64,000 bases of DNA from Polyangiaceae bacterium (GTDB lineage Bacteria > Myxococcota_A > Polyangia > Polyangiales > Polyangiaceae): NCBI GenBank assembly GCA_050287085.1, contig JBNKBE010000004.1:254722-318721 (forward strand), in the 5' to 3' direction. The first letter of the stretch is position 1, and every line of letters begins with the position of its first letter. The translations under genes were made by a program, and so were the position numbers. The notes below the pieces were generated by a model. That model was not told where the DNA came from, ran no database searches, and saw nothing but the letters and a program-made list of their open reading frames with translations. This document shows positions 31,382 to 42,252 of the stretch, in pieces.

Positions 31382-33145
31382 ATGAAGAAGCCACTAGGTC
31401 TGACCGAACTCGTACTCAGGGACGCCCATCAATCCTTGTTTGCTACGCGCATGCGCACCGACGACATGTTGCCTATTGCGGACAAGTTGGATCGGGTGGG
31501 CTTCTGGTCGCTGGAGAGTTGGGGCGGAGCGACTTTCGATGCGTGTATCCGCTTTCTCGGGGAAGATCCGTGGGAGCGTATTCGCCGACTCAAGAAGGCA
31601 ATGCCGCGCACGCCGCATCAGATGTTGTTTCGCGGCCAGAACATTCTCGGCTATCGTCACTACGCCGATGACGTCGTGGAGCGTTTCGTCGAGCGAGCCG
31701 CGGTCAACGGCGTGGACGTCTTTCGCGTGTTTGACGCGATGAACGATCCGCGCAATCTCGAGACCGCCATTCGTGCCGTCTTGAAGGTTGGCAAGCACGC
31801 TCAGGGCACGATTTCCTACACCGTCAGCCCGGTACACGACGTTGCTTCGTGGGTCCGCTTGGCCAAGCAGATCGAGGCTATGGGGGCGATGTCCCTATGC
31901 ATCAAGGACATGGCTGGTCTGCTGACCCCCTACGTAGCCTTCGACCTGGTGAGCAAGCTCAAGCGGGAGCTGAGAATTCCCATTCACATGCAGTCACATG
32001 CCACGACGGGCCTGTCGACAGCGACGTACCTGAAGTCGATCGAAGCAGGGATTGACAACGTCGACGCGGCCATCTCGTCGATGAGCATGACCTACGGTCA
32101 CACCTCCACGGAGACGGTGGTTGCCATGCTCCAGGGCACAGAGCGAGACACGGGTCTGGATCTCAACTTGCTGCAGGATGTCGCCGCCTACTTCCGCGAG
32201 GTGCGGAAGAAGTACAAGAAGTTCGAAGGGGCCCTCAAGGGAACCGATAGCCGCATTCTGGTGGCACAGGTGCCGGGCGGCATGCTGACCAACATGGAAA
32301 ACCAGCTGCGAGAGCAGAACGCCAGCGACAAGCTCGACGCAGTGCTTGAAGAGATCCCTCGGGTACGGAAGGACCTCGGCTACATCCCCCTCGTGACCCC
32401 AACCTCTCAAATCGTGGGGACTCAGGCCGTGATCAACGTCATGACGGGGGAGCGCTACAAGACCATCTCCAAGGAGACACAAGGTGTGTTGCGCGGAGAG
32501 TACGGCGCCACACCAGCGCCGGTGAACGCGGAGCTCCAGGCGCGCGCGCTTCGGGGCGATCAGGTCTTGACGTGCCGACCCGCGGACAGATTGGAGCCAG
32601 AGATGCAGCGGCTCACGGCTGAGCTCGAGAAGCTCTCGGCGGAGCATGGCTTTGCCCTAGCCAATGACGTTGTTGACGATGTGCTCACCTACGCGCTCTT
32701 CCCACAAGTGGGACTCAAGTTTCTGAAGAACCGAGGCAAGCCCGAGGCCTTCGAACCTGCTCCCACAGGCAACGAATCCGACGGCGCAGCGCCGCCCGCC
32801 GACACCTTTACGGTAGAGGTCGACGGACAGAAGTTCGTCGTCAAGGTCGCGCCCGGGGGTGAATTGAAGCACATCGAGGCGGCGGGCACGGCGTCGAGCT
32901 CTGCATCCACAGCGCCGGCGGCAGGGGGTGAGGGTACACCCCTATGCGCGCCTCTGGCCGGACGGGTTGTCGACGTACGCGTAGCAGAAGGTGACGCCGT
33001 CGAGGCGGGAGAGGTCGTTGTGATCCTGGAAGCCATGAAGATGGAAACTGAAGTGCGCGCCTCGAGCTCCGGTACGGTTGTGTCGATCGATTGCGCCAGC
33101 GGTGATGCTGTGCACGTGGGCGACACGTTGCTGTGTGTCTGTTAA
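31382..33145 (+). CDS. oadA: Na+-translocating oxaloacetate decarboxylase alpha subunit
   Basis: [28 protein letters not shown]-terminal biotinyl domain EAMKME. Confidence 0.95.
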   Translation: MKKPLGLTELVLRDAHQSLFATRMRTDDMLPIADKLDRVGFWSLESWGGATFDACIRFLGEDPWERIRRLKKAMPRTPHQMLFRGQNILGYRHYADDVVERFVERAAVNGVDVFRVFDAMNDPRNLETAIRAVLKVGKHAQGTISYTVSPVHDVASWVRLAKQIEAMGAMSLCIKDMAGLLTPYVAFDLVSKLKRELRIPIHMQSHATTGLSTATYLKSIEAGIDNVDAAISSMSMTYGHTSTETVVAMLQGTERDTGLDLNLLQDVAAYFREVRKKYKKFEGALKGTDSRILVAQVPGGMLTNMENQLREQNASDKLDAVLEEIPRVRKDLGYIPLVTPTSQIVGTQAVINVMTGERYKTISKETQGVLRGEYGATPAPVNAELQARALRGDQVLTCRPADRLEPEMQRLTAELEKLSAEHGFALANDVVDDVLTYALFPQVGLKFLKNRGKPEAFEPAPTGNESDGAAPPADTFTVEVDGQKFVVKVAPGGELKHIEAAGTASSSASTAPAAGGEGTPLCAPLAGRVVDVRVAEGDAVEAGEVVVILEAMKMETEVRASSSGTVVSIDCASGDAVHVGDTLLCVC

Positions 33146-33199
33146 GCCCGCGCTGGTCCACCCCCGCCTCCCCTCTACTACTACCGATTCCTTGATTGC

Positions 33200-34384
33200 A
33201 TGGAACACCTGATTCACTCCTGGCACAGCAGCGGCCTGTACTTGCTATGCGAGCAGTATCGAGCCGAAGGATTGCTCGGTCTTGGGCAACCGCTGATGAT
33301 CCTCGTAGGCCTTCTTCTGCTGTACTTAGCCATCAAGAAGGGTTTTGAGCCTCTGCTGCTCGTGCCTATCGGTTTCGGTGCTGTGCTGAGCAATATCCCC
33401 GGAGCCGACTTCAACGCCCCTCCTACCGCCAGCGAGGCGGGCGGCCTGCTGTATTACGTGTACCAAGTTGGGGTGAACACGGGCGGGATCTTCCCCTTGT
33501 TGATCTTCATGGGCGTCGGCGCCTTGACGGACTTCGGGCCTCTGCTCGCCAACCCCAAGACGCTCTTGCTCGGTGCCGCGGCTCAGTTCGGCATATTTGC
33601 TACGGTCCTAGGCGCCGTGGCGCTGTCTGCGACTGGGTTATTCGACTTCAGCCTCCAAGATGCCGGAGCCATTGGGATCATCGGCGGCGCCGATGGGCCG
33701 ACCGCGATCTTCGTAGCCAGCCGCCTCTCGCCCGACTTGCTTGGAGCAGTGGCGGTGGCTGCGTACTCCTACATGGCGCTGGTGCCGATTATCCAACCCC
33801 CCATCATGCGGGCCATGACGACGGAAGCCGAGCGGCGCATTGAGATGGTGCAGCTCCGTCCTGTTGGTAAGGCGGAGTTGATCGTCTTCCCGCTCCTGTT
33901 GCTATTGCTCGTCGCCCTGTTCTTGCCCTCCGCGGCGCCACTACTCGGCATGTTCTGTCTGGGAAACCTGATGCGCGCGTCGGGAGTTGTTGAGCGTCTC
34001 AGCGATGTGGCGCAGAACGCCCTCATCAACATCGTGACCATCTTTCTCGGGCTTGCTGTCGGTTCGAAGCTGAGCGCTGAGAAGTTTCTCAAGGCCGAAA
34101 CGCTGGGCATTTTGCTGCTCGGTATGGTCGCTTTCTGCATCGGTACCGCCTGCGGCGTGGGCATGGGCAAGATCATGGCACGCTACTCCAAGACGCCCCT
34201 CAACCCCCTGATCGGGGCCGCAGGCGTTTCCGCGGTGCCGATGGCGGCTCGCGTCGCCAATCGTGTGGGCCAGGAAGCAAACCCGCATAACTTCCTGTTG
34301 ATGCACGCCATGGGCCCCAATGTGGCTGGCGTCATCGGCTCTGCCGTGGCCGCGGGTGTAATGCTCAACTACTTTGGCAAGTAG
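33200..34384 (+). CDS. oadB: Na+-translocating decarboxylase beta subunit
   Basis: [52 protein letters not shown]. Confidence 0.96.
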   Translation: MEHLIHSWHSSGLYLLCEQYRAEGLLGLGQPLMILVGLLLLYLAIKKGFEPLLLVPIGFGAVLSNIPGADFNAPPTASEAGGLLYYVYQVGVNTGGIFPLLIFMGVGALTDFGPLLANPKTLLLGAAAQFGIFATVLGAVALSATGLFDFSLQDAGAIGIIGGADGPTAIFVASRLSPDLLGAVAVAAYSYMALVPIIQPPIMRAMTTEAERRIEMVQLRPVGKAELIVFPLLLLLLVALFLPSAAPLLGMFCLGNLMRASGVVERLSDVAQNALINIVTIFLGLAVGSKLSAEKFLKAETLGILLLGMVAFCIGTACGVGMGKIMARYSKTPLNPLIGAAGVSAVPMAARVANRVGQEANPHNFLLMHAMGPNVAGVIGSAVAAGVMLNYFGK

Positions 34385-34438
34385 CTGGCTTTCGCAGGCT
34401 AGCTGGCTTTCGCAGGCTAGCTGGCTTTCGCAGGCTAG
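34382..34438. repeat. 18-bp perfect tandem repeat x3 (TAGCTGGCTTTCGCAGGC)
   Basis: Fills the whole oadB/hisA convergent gap and includes both stop codons. Confidence 0.95.
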
Positions 34439-35199
34439 GCCTGTGAACGATTGTAGCTGACGCAGTCGACGTAGCGTACGCCCGAGCCGCCGAAGAGGTC
34501 CAGGGCACTGCCAAAGGTCAGATCGATACGCCCCTGGGAAAGCGTCGCCACCCGCTCGAGGTCGTCAAAGGAGCGCCCGCCTCCGGCGTAGGTGCAGGGC
34601 AGAGTCGACCACCGCCCCAGGGCGGCCACCAAGTCTTCGTCGATGCCTCGGCACAGGCCCTCAACGTCTGCGGCGTGCACGAGAAACTCGCTGCAATATG
34701 CGGAGAGCTGCTGCAGCGTTGTCGCATTCACCTCAACGGGGATCACTCGCTGCCAGCGCTGCGTCGCCACCCACCAGCGATCTTCACGCCGCCGGCAGGA
34801 CAAGTCGATGACCAATCGCTCCGAGCCCACGACTCGCGCCAGCGTTTCCAGACGCGCCACATCGAGTCGATCGTCCGGGAACAGCCAGCTCGTGACGATC
34901 ACCTTGCTGGCGCCCGCATCGAGCCAGTGCAGGGCGTTGTCCGCTGTGATCCCTCCCCCGACCTGCAGCCCTCCCGGATAGGCTGCGAGGGCCGCCCGAG
35001 CCGCATCCTGATTGCCGTCTCCGAGCTGGATGACGTGGCCGCCGAGTAGACCATCTTGGCGGTAGAGCTCCGCAAAATACTCCGCGGGTTGGTCGGCAAC
35101 GTAGTTCGTCTGCGGCGCGTCCCCGCGATCGAGCGTTCCGCCGACGATTTGTTTGACCTGACCGTGATGGAGGTCGATGCAGGGTCGAAACAAGGTCAC
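34435..35199 (-). CDS. hisA: ProFAR isomerase, eukaryotic (His6-like) type
   Basis: FRPCIDLHHGQVKQIVGGTL, GGHVIQLG, LQVGGGI, FLVHAADVEG, TFGSALDLFGG. Confidence 0.92.
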   Translation of the reverse strand: MTLFRPCIDLHHGQVKQIVGGTLDRGDAPQTNYVADQPAEYFAELYRQDGLLGGHVIQLGDGNQDAARAALAAYPGGLQVGGGITADNALHWLDAGASKVIVTSWLFPDDRLDVARLETLARVVGSERLVIDLSCRRREDRWWVATQRWQRVIPVEVNATTLQQLSAYCSEFLVHAADVEGLCRGIDEDLVAALGRWSTLPCTYAGGGRSFDDLERVATLSQGRIDLTFGSALDLFGGSGVRYVDCVSYNRSQA

Positions 35200-35220
35200 A
35201 GCGGGTGCCTTCCTGACCGC

Positions 35221-36141
35221 TCAGCGGTCGAAGATGGTGCCGGGTGCCACCCCAACGATCAGCGCTTCGGTCCATCCCGGAGGAAGCGCTTCGCCTTCGG
35301 TCAGACGATGGAGCTGATATAGGCCATTGCCAGCAGGGGCGCGACTCACCGCTACGCGCACTGCCTGATGCTGCTTGCCGCGCTGGCTGTTCTCGGCGGG
35401 CGCATCGACCCGAATGCCGCTCTTTGCACTGGCGATCGATGCCGGGGACTCCGCCGGCGTCGGGTGAATGACCTCGATGGCACGCTCCTGTCGTGCGGGC
35501 GTCGCGACTGATTCGACGGCGCGCGGAGCGCTTGTCGTTTCAGCGGTGTTCTCTGGACTGGCCGATGGCTGGAGGTCCAGGCTTGGCGGCGCCACTGCCG
35601 GGCTTGGGTCGCTATCCTTCTCGTGCCCAGAATGGCGTGGCGAGCCGGAGATCGGGGCGGCCGGGGTGGAAGCAGGAGCTGCGGCGACGACCTCTGGCAT
35701 GGGCGTAATACGCTGACCTTGAGCCTGCGCCGCGGGGGTATCCAAGCTGGTTGGTACTGCGTCCGGCGACTCTGCATCGGCCGCCACCTGCGCCGCGGGC
35801 GCCGCAGTGATGGGCAGCACGGCCATCGGTTTGGTCACAACGACCTGGGGCTGGCTTGGAACGAAGGCAGTTGTGATCGCGCCGGGTGGAGGCGGAGAAC
35901 TTGCAGCCGGAGGCAAGGAACCTTGGATATTGGCTTCCGCGCGCAAATCAGCAGCAATACGAGCGAGGTGGACGCTCCGCAGATCATCTCCTGAATCGGC
36001 GGCGCTTTCCGCTGCGCGCCGGAGCCATCGCAACGACTCTCGGGGGTCCGTCGACCATAGATTCTGCGCTGTTTCGAGGGCCCACCGAACTTCGTTTGAA
36101 TCTTGTTCCTGTGGCGCGGGGAAAGACGTTGTTTCGCTCAT
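35221..36141 (-). CDS. Hypothetical protein: helical N-domain, Pro/Ala-rich linker, short C-domain
   Basis: ORF co-oriented with hisA; ordered termini flank a disordered middle. Confidence 0.65.
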   Translation of the reverse strand: MSETTSFPAPQEQDSNEVRWALETAQNLWSTDPRESLRWLRRAAESAADSGDDLRSVHLARIAADLRAEANIQGSLPPAASSPPPPGAITTAFVPSQPQVVVTKPMAVLPITAAPAAQVAADAESPDAVPTSLDTPAAQAQGQRITPMPEVVAAAPASTPAAPISGSPRHSGHEKDSDPSPAVAPPSLDLQPSASPENTAETTSAPRAVESVATPARQERAIEVIHPTPAESPASIASAKSGIRVDAPAENSQRGKQHQAVRVAVSRAPAGNGLYQLHRLTEGEALPPGWTEALIVGVAPGTIFDR

Positions 36142-36388
36142 ATGATGGACTCTGAGTGATACCTAGACGCGGCCTTATAGCATCCGCGGTCGGCTCCGGT
36201 TCAGTGCAAAGCAACCAGTGTGCCGAAATGCGGCGTGACAACCGGCGCCTCGTCCAACGCGGATCGCCATTGTTGCGTACCACGCCACGATAGGTCCGGC
36301 CCGAGCTACGTTCTTGCGTCGGCTCCAGCGATTGTCGACGAGCGTTCCTGCATTGACCCTGTTGCAGCGCGAATGCCATAGGGGGCGC

Positions 36389-37933
36389 GTGACCTTCCCG
36401 AAACCCGTTGGCGGCGCAAATCAAGAGGCGCCGACTCGCGTCAAAGCAAGCGGCGCTGCGCTGACCCTCGCCAAGGTATACTTCTTGGTCCTGGGGCTGG
36501 CCCAGCAGATCGCTTTGAGCTGGGTGCTGCGAGATAGCTACGGCGCGTTGCGAGGGGCACTTTCTCCGGCGAGCATCACCTATAATCCACTGGTCAGCGC
36601 TGGCGTTCAGGGGATGAGCCGCGCTGTTAGCGCTCACGCTGAGGACCGTCGACCACGGCGCGGGCAACTCTTGGTCCATGGCGGTCTGGCGCTAGGCCTC
36701 GGCGCCGCATTTTTTTGTCTGGCTGGGCTGCTCGCCGACTGGCTTGGCTCGCCCTATCTAGCACCGGGCTTTCGCGTGTTGTCTGCGGTTGTGGTCCTGA
36801 ACGGCGTCTACGCACCCCTGGTGGGGGTTCTCAATGGCCAGCGGAGATTCCTGATCCAGGCATTCCTCGACGCGTTCGCCGCTACGCTTCGCACCGTCGG
36901 TCTCGTCGCTGGCGCTTGGCTCACGGTTGGCCATGGCAGCGCACGCGCCGTCGTGGGGGCAGCGTGGGGTTTTACGCTGGCGCTCGGCGCGACCGTGGTC
37001 TTGACCGCGGTGCTCGTCTTCAGGGCTCCATCAGCGCGCGGTGATTGGCGCCGTGACGCCAAAGCGCAGCTGCACTACGTCGGCCCGGTGCTCGTGGGTC
37101 AAGCGGTTCTCAACTTGCTTCTCCAAGCCGATACGAACACGCTACGCGCGTTCGCAACGCGGGCGGCAACGGCGGCAGGGCTCGAGGCCACCGCCGCCGA
37201 TCCGCTCGTCGGCGCCTATAACGCGGGTCAGCTTTTTGCCTTTCTCCCCTACCAGCTGCTGATTGCGATAACTTTTGTTCTCTTTCCGATGCTGGCCCGT
37301 GCACGCGCCGGCGGCGATAGCCACGAAGCTGCGCGTCTAGTTCGCACGGGGCTGCGCGTCGCGACCCTGCTGGTGGGCTTGGTGGTGAGCGTGTCGGCGA
37401 GCATTCCCGATGCCCTGCTTCGCTTGGTGTTTCCTGAAAACTTTGCTGTCCTGGGGGCGGCCAGCATGCGGGTCTTATGCCTGGGTCTGGGGGCTTTTGG
37501 ACTCTTTGGCGTGCTGGTAACAGTGCTCAATAGCATCGGTAGTCAGTGGCTATCGCTACTGGTTCTGATCGCCTCCTTTTGTCTCGTGGTAGCAACAAAC
37601 CTGTTATGGGTTAACGGAACGCCATTCGGGCCGCTGCTGCTGATGCGAACTGCGGTAGCGACCACCGCTGCGGTGGTCGTCGCTACCCTGCTTGCCGCTT
37701 GGATCGTGCGGCGCAGCGTTGGGCCGTGTATTCCCTATGCCACTCTCTTTCGAGTTGTCGCCGTAGTCGCGAGCGCCATTCTGCTTGGCGCGCAGTTACC
37801 TACGCTTGGCAAGGTCGCCACGCTGGGCGTCAGCGCCGCTATCGCCGTTGCCTATGTCGCCGCCCTCTTGCTGACGCGGGAGCTTCGCTTGAGTGAACTG
37901 CCTCGCCGCTTTCGCAAGGGCGGGCGGTCCTAG
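36389..37933 (+). CDS. MOP-superfamily oligosaccharide/lipid II flippase-like membrane protein
   Basis: About 14 hydrophobic segments, VGAYNAGQLFAFLPYQ, VLFPMLARA; GTG start assumed. Confidence 0.75.
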   Translation: MTFPKPVGGANQEAPTRVKASGAALTLAKVYFLVLGLAQQIALSWVLRDSYGALRGALSPASITYNPLVSAGVQGMSRAVSAHAEDRRPRRGQLLVHGGLALGLGAAFFCLAGLLADWLGSPYLAPGFRVLSAVVVLNGVYAPLVGVLNGQRRFLIQAFLDAFAATLRTVGLVAGAWLTVGHGSARAVVGAAWGFTLALGATVVLTAVLVFRAPSARGDWRRDAKAQLHYVGPVLVGQAVLNLLLQADTNTLRAFATRAATAAGLEATAADPLVGAYNAGQLFAFLPYQLLIAITFVLFPMLARARAGGDSHEAARLVRTGLRVATLLVGLVVSVSASIPDALLRLVFPENFAVLGAASMRVLCLGLGAFGLFGVLVTVLNSIGSQWLSLLVLIASFCLVVATNLLWVNGTPFGPLLLMRTAVATTAAVVVATLLAAWIVRRSVGPCIPYATLFRVVAVVASAILLGAQLPTLGKVATLGVSAAIAVAYVAALLLTRELRLSELPRRFRKGGRS

Positions 37934-37966
37934 CAGAGCTGGTATCTGGGGCTGCAGCGGGCTGTT

Positions 37967-38002
37967 GACTCAGCTCGGCAGACTCAGCTCGGCAGACTCA
38001 GC
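37967..38002. repeat. 14-bp tandem repeat x~2.6 (GACTCAGCTCGGCA)
   Basis: Directly visible, in the convergent flippase/ABC gap. Confidence 0.85.
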
Positions 38003-38032
38003 CCACCGCAGGTTTGAGGGCTGGGCCCACGG

Positions 38033-39010
38033 CTAGCTTGATTCGGCGCTCTCGCCCTCGTGAATGGCCTCCCGCATGAAGAGGTGCTCTAGGGTTTCAT
38101 GCCCGCGGCTCACTTCTTCGACAAGCGCGCCCGCAGCCATCGCATGAGCGACGAGCTGCTGCACGGCCGCTTGCCCTTCGACTCGGATTCGAAGATTTTG
38201 ACCTTCCTGAACACACTCGAACCCGTCTGCCGCCGGCCTGTCCCCCGTAGGTGAGGTTTGGGTGAGACGGGTGCGGAGCGCCTCCGAGACCTGACTGAGT
38301 ACGACTTCCGCGCGCCTGGCTTCCGTTCTTAGCAATTCGCTCAGAGGGCCACTCACCACCACGCGCCCTCGACGCAGGATCGCAACGCGCTCGCAGAGCG
38401 CCTGAACATCCGTGAGAATATGGCTCGAAAAAAAGATGGTGCGCCCGCCCCGGCGCTCATCGAGGATCAGCTCCCGGACTTCTTTGCGCCCCACGGGATC
38501 GAGGCCACTCATCGGCTCGTCGAGAACAAGAAGCTCCGGATCACCAACCAGCGCAGCGGCCAGTCCCGCGCGTTGTAACATGCCTTTGGACAGGGTTCGC
38601 GCTGACCGATCAGCGGCGTAAGCGATCCCCACGCGAGACAATACCTCTTGGGTGCGGCTGCGAGCCGCCCGGGGGCTCAGTCCGGAAAGGCGCGCGGAGA
38701 GATGAACGAATTCGCGCGCGGTGAGGTAGGGGTAGATATACGGATTCTCCGGCAGAAAGCCGAGGCGCTTGCGAGCCGCGGCCTCCCGAACGTCCTGACC
38801 AAACAAGCGGGCGGTGCCCCGTGTCGGTTGACTCAAGCCGGTGAGGATCTTGATTGTGGTGGTTTTCCCTGCTCCGTTAGGTCCAAGAAAGCCGAATATC
38901 TCCCCCGCAGCCACCGAGAAGGAAATCCCTCGAACGGCCTCGACGCGCTTCATCCAGAAGCCCTGTCGATACACCTTGTGGAGACCTTCAACTTGGATCA
39001 GCGCACTCAC
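38033..39010 (-). CDS. ABC transporter ATP-binding protein
   Basis: [26 protein letters not shown]; no permease adjacent. Confidence 0.93.
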   Translation of the reverse strand: MSALIQVEGLHKVYRQGFWMKRVEAVRGISFSVAAGEIFGFLGPNGAGKTTTIKILTGLSQPTRGTARLFGQDVREAAARKRLGFLPENPYIYPYLTAREFVHLSARLSGLSPRAARSRTQEVLSRVGIAYAADRSARTLSKGMLQRAGLAAALVGDPELLVLDEPMSGLDPVGRKEVRELILDERRGGRTIFFSSHILTDVQALCERVAILRRGRVVVSGPLSELLRTEARRAEVVLSQVSEALRTRLTQTSPTGDRPAADGFECVQEGQNLRIRVEGQAAVQQLVAHAMAAGALVEEVSRGHETLEHLFMREAIHEGESAESS

Positions 39011-39215
39011 GCCCCGAGTCTAGGGCCTGGCCGCGGCCGGGGCCAATTCAGCGCCAGGCATAGCCGCGGACCGAGGCGCGGAAAGGTCCAGCCGCAGGTC
39101 CGGCCGTACGATGCGATTTCACCACGCCCCAAGCGTTTCCGACGCGTTCCCCAGTCGAGAAAAGATGTTACAAGCTGTGTGCGCTCGGTACGGGCGCTTC
39201 TGGAGGATTCGATAC

Positions 39216-41504
39216 GTGAAGCGACCGCTAGCATTCTGGGCCGGGTTGACCCCGCTTGCGCTTTCCCTGCCCCTTTCTGCGCAAACCATCCCTCCACCGC
39301 CGCCGGCAGCTCCCGAGGACCTGCCCCCCGAAGAGGCGCTTTCGCAGCCAGAGGCTATTGCTCCGCTTGATAGCGTCCCTCCGCCGCCACCACCCGGTGA
39401 CGGTCCGTTGGATGACACACCCCCAGCCGAAGACTCATTTCAGAGCGCGGCGGGTGGACAGGCGGAAGCCGCGGAGGCTGCCTCCGGCGCCGTGGCGGTC
39501 AATAGCGTTGAGGCCGCAATGGCCATGCAGGCCGAGCGCGACGCCGAGTACGCGCGCCGAGTCGAAAGCCGGAAGTTTCAGCCAACGCCCTCCGGTGCAA
39601 CGGGTCTGCTGCGCACCCCATACGCTGGCTCCGGCGATGTCGGTACTTTTCGCTTCGGTCTCTATAGCGGGCTGTTCAGCGGCAGCTCTTTCCTCTGCCC
39701 CAGCTGCGTTGCGCCTGACGGCCAAGACGCCTCGGTGGACGATGATGCGTCCCGTGTAACGGCACACCTTGCAGTTTCTGCCACCCTTTGGCCTTTTCTT
39801 GAGGCCTACCTGGGCGTTCACTCCTATGCCTCGTCCAACAGTCAAGGACAGCCGAAAGTACTGCAGGTGCTGGCCGACACCGATTGGGGCCTCAAGTTCT
39901 TCATGCCGCAAGTCGACGGTCAGCTGCTGACATTCGGCGGAGCTGCTGAGCTGCAGCTGCTCAATGGCGCTGGTACCACCTTCGTGGACAACGCGTCCTT
40001 CGCGTTGCGCGCATTGTCCACGCTCGACTTGACTCAAGCGAGGTCTGAAGCGGACCGCATCCCGCTGCGAGTGAACGCTTCGCTCAGCTATCTCTTTGAC
40101 AACTCGAGCGCCTTGGTCACCGACAGCGAGACTGAACGCGGTCGTCCTCTGGACCGCATCGAGCGCTACGGGCTGGCTATAAGTCGCGTTGACGCTTTCA
40201 CACCGGCGGTGGGCGTGGAAGGCGTGTTCCAATACGTCCACCCCTTTGTGGAATGGTCCGTTGACGTGCCCGTCAATCGCCAGGGGTACCAGTGCCGACC
40301 TAGGAGTCTCAATGCAGGCGATGTCTGCCTGAACAACGCCGGGTTCTTCTCTCGGACCCCGTCGCGCCTGACGCTGGGTGCACGCGGCTACGCGTTTCTG
40401 GACGGACTGGCTTTCTTGGCCGCGCTTGATATCGCAACCGGCGGAAGCACGACGCCGTTCTGGGACGAGGCCACGCCGGAAACCCCGTGGCTGCTGCAGT
40501 TGGCCGCTTCGTATGCGGCAGACTCGCGGCCCCAGATTCAAACGGAAGTGGTTCAGGTTGGGACGCCTTCTACGCCGACCGCCCCTGCGCCGGCTCCCCG
40601 CCAGTACATCGAGGGTATTGTGATTGAGGAGGGCACGGAGAGCACGCCCGTGCCGGGCGCCCTGATCTACTACGAGGGACGCGCCTTGACCGGCATGATC
40701 GCTGACGACGCGGGTCGCTTCCGCTCCGCCCCGCTCGAGCCGGGGGATTACGCATTTGCGCTGAAGGCCGAGCACTTCGAAGACGGCGTCTGCCAGGCCA
40801 CCGTGCCGCCCTCTGCCCCCCCCGCGGGCGACGGAGCCGCGGGGACTCTGGCGGGCGAACCCCAGGATGTCGTAACCGCGCTGCGCTGCGAACTCAAAGC
40901 GCTGCCCCGGGTGGGGACGATTGAAGGTTACCTCTTGGTTGGCTTGAGCCGTGATCCCGTCTCAGGTGCAACCGTCAAGCTGACCAATGAGAGCGGCCAG
41001 GAGTTGACCATGGCGGCGGACGACGAGGGCGCTTTTGTCGTCACGAATGTGCCGGCTGGGCGCATTCGTGTGGTGGCCGAAGCTGAGGGTTACCTACAAG
41101 CCACCACGACCGTTTCGGTTGTGGCGTTCAAAGAGGCCCCAGCTCAGCTTCCGATGTTCAAGCGTCCCAAGGTCTCCAATATCGGGCAAGCTGGCGAGCG
41201 CCTCACGCTTCAGAAGAAGATCGAGTTTGTCCCCGGAAGCGCGGAGTTTGCCCCGGCGGCTTTTGCCCTACTGGATGAGCTAGCCGACTACCTGCGCAGT
41301 CACGCGACGCGGATCGAGGTCCGAGCTTACGCTTCGGGGGGCGGCGCCCCTGAGCTCAGCATGGGTCTGAGCAGTGAACGTGCGGGCGCTATTGCGGCGG
41401 CACTGGTAGCCAATGGCGTACCACCGGAGCAGGTCATTCCCAAGGGAATGGGCGAGGCCGGTCCCCAGGGGGACCGCATCGAGTGGGCGGTTGTCACCGA
41501 GTAG
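39216..41504 (+). CDS. Outer-membrane protein: putative beta-barrel + two carboxypeptidase-regulatory-like domains + OmpA-like C-domain
   Basis: GGAGG RBS with GTG 39216, signal peptide, Pro-rich linker, alternating beta strands, PVPGA/PVSGA...GRF/GAF repeats, LSSERA...GMGE. Confidence 0.75.
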   Translation: MKRPLAFWAGLTPLALSLPLSAQTIPPPPPAAPEDLPPEEALSQPEAIAPLDSVPPPPPPGDGPLDDTPPAEDSFQSAAGGQAEAAEAASGAVAVNSVEAAMAMQAERDAEYARRVESRKFQPTPSGATGLLRTPYAGSGDVGTFRFGLYSGLFSGSSFLCPSCVAPDGQDASVDDDASRVTAHLAVSATLWPFLEAYLGVHSYASSNSQGQPKVLQVLADTDWGLKFFMPQVDGQLLTFGGAAELQLLNGAGTTFVDNASFALRALSTLDLTQARSEADRIPLRVNASLSYLFDNSSALVTDSETERGRPLDRIERYGLAISRVDAFTPAVGVEGVFQYVHPFVEWSVDVPVNRQGYQCRPRSLNAGDVCLNNAGFFSRTPSRLTLGARGYAFLDGLAFLAALDIATGGSTTPFWDEATPETPWLLQLAASYAADSRPQIQTEVVQVGTPSTPTAPAPAPRQYIEGIVIEEGTESTPVPGALIYYEGRALTGMIADDAGRFRSAPLEPGDYAFALKAEHFEDGVCQATVPPSAPPAGDGAAGTLAGEPQDVVTALRCELKALPRVGTIEGYLLVGLSRDPVSGATVKLTNESGQELTMAADDEGAFVVTNVPAGRIRVVAEAEGYLQATTTVSVVAFKEAPAQLPMFKRPKVSNIGQAGERLTLQKKIEFVPGSAEFAPAAFALLDELADYLRSHATRIEVRAYASGGGAPELSMGLSSERAGAIAAALVANGVPPEQVIPKGMGEAGPQGDRIEWAVVTE

Positions 41505-41801
41505 CTGTGTGATTGCCCGCCGCCCCGCATGGGCGCGGCGGTTGGCGCAGAGGGGGGCCCCCAGAGCGTAGGCGGGGGCCCAGCCCCGAGGGGGCGGCCC
41601 CAACCCAGCGCAAGATTCTGAGGCGGAGACGAGAGCTGTCCCCGCCGCAGCGCGGGCCTTAGCGGCGTCAACAGCCACCGACCCAGCGCAGAGAGCTGTC
41701 GTTCTGGCACTGAACGCTCAAGCGGATTCCGCACTAGTCGCGGAGCCACCGCCACCAAGCTGTGCTCCAATCACCGGCCACGAACTGGGGACAGCCCGGG
41801 C

Positions 41802-42233
41802 TTAGTCCTCGCGGGGCGCGTCCTCGCGGGGCGCTTCCTCGTGGGGCGCTTCCTCGTGGGGCGCTTCCTCGGACGCGTCGTGCTGGATCTCCTCCAGCAG
41901 CTGTTCAACTCGCGCCCGGTGATCTGGGTGTTCGTCGTAGTTGAAGCGTAGCTCGGGCACTCGCCGCAGCTTCAGTTTCGGACCGAGGCCCCGTCGCAGG
42001 CGCGCCGCCGCGCCCGAAAGTGCCCGAACGACGCCACGCCGTCGTTTCGGGTCTTCGTCGCCCACGAGTAGGCGAACGAAGACGTGTCCGACGGCCAGAT
42101 CCGGGCCGAGTTCAACTCGAGTGATCACAATGCCCGCTAGGCGCGGATCCGCTAGCTCGGCTCGAAGAGCGACGCCCAGGTGGGCGCGAAGCTCCTCCGC
42201 CACTCGACGCGGACGCCGCCCGTCACTCGTCAT
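41802..42233 (-). CDS. rbfA: Ribosome-binding factor A with acidic repeat tail
   Basis: RPRRVAEELR, DPRL, ITRVE, LRRVPELRF; 15-bp repeats at 41805-41871 encode EEAPH/EDAPR. Confidence 0.93.
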   Translation of the reverse strand: MTSDGRRPRRVAEELRAHLGVALRAELADPRLAGIVITRVELGPDLAVGHVFVRLLVGDEDPKRRRGVVRALSGAAARLRRGLGPKLKLRRVPELRFNYDEHPDHRARVEQLLEEIQHDASEEAPHEEAPHEEAPREDAPRED

Positions 42234-42252
42234 AGCGCGACCCGCTCCGACG

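Noticed and set aside
34382..34438. CRISPR array (also considered at 18303, 37967, 57921, 58764)
   Set aside because: Repeats are contiguous with no spacers, too short, and no cas genes are present.
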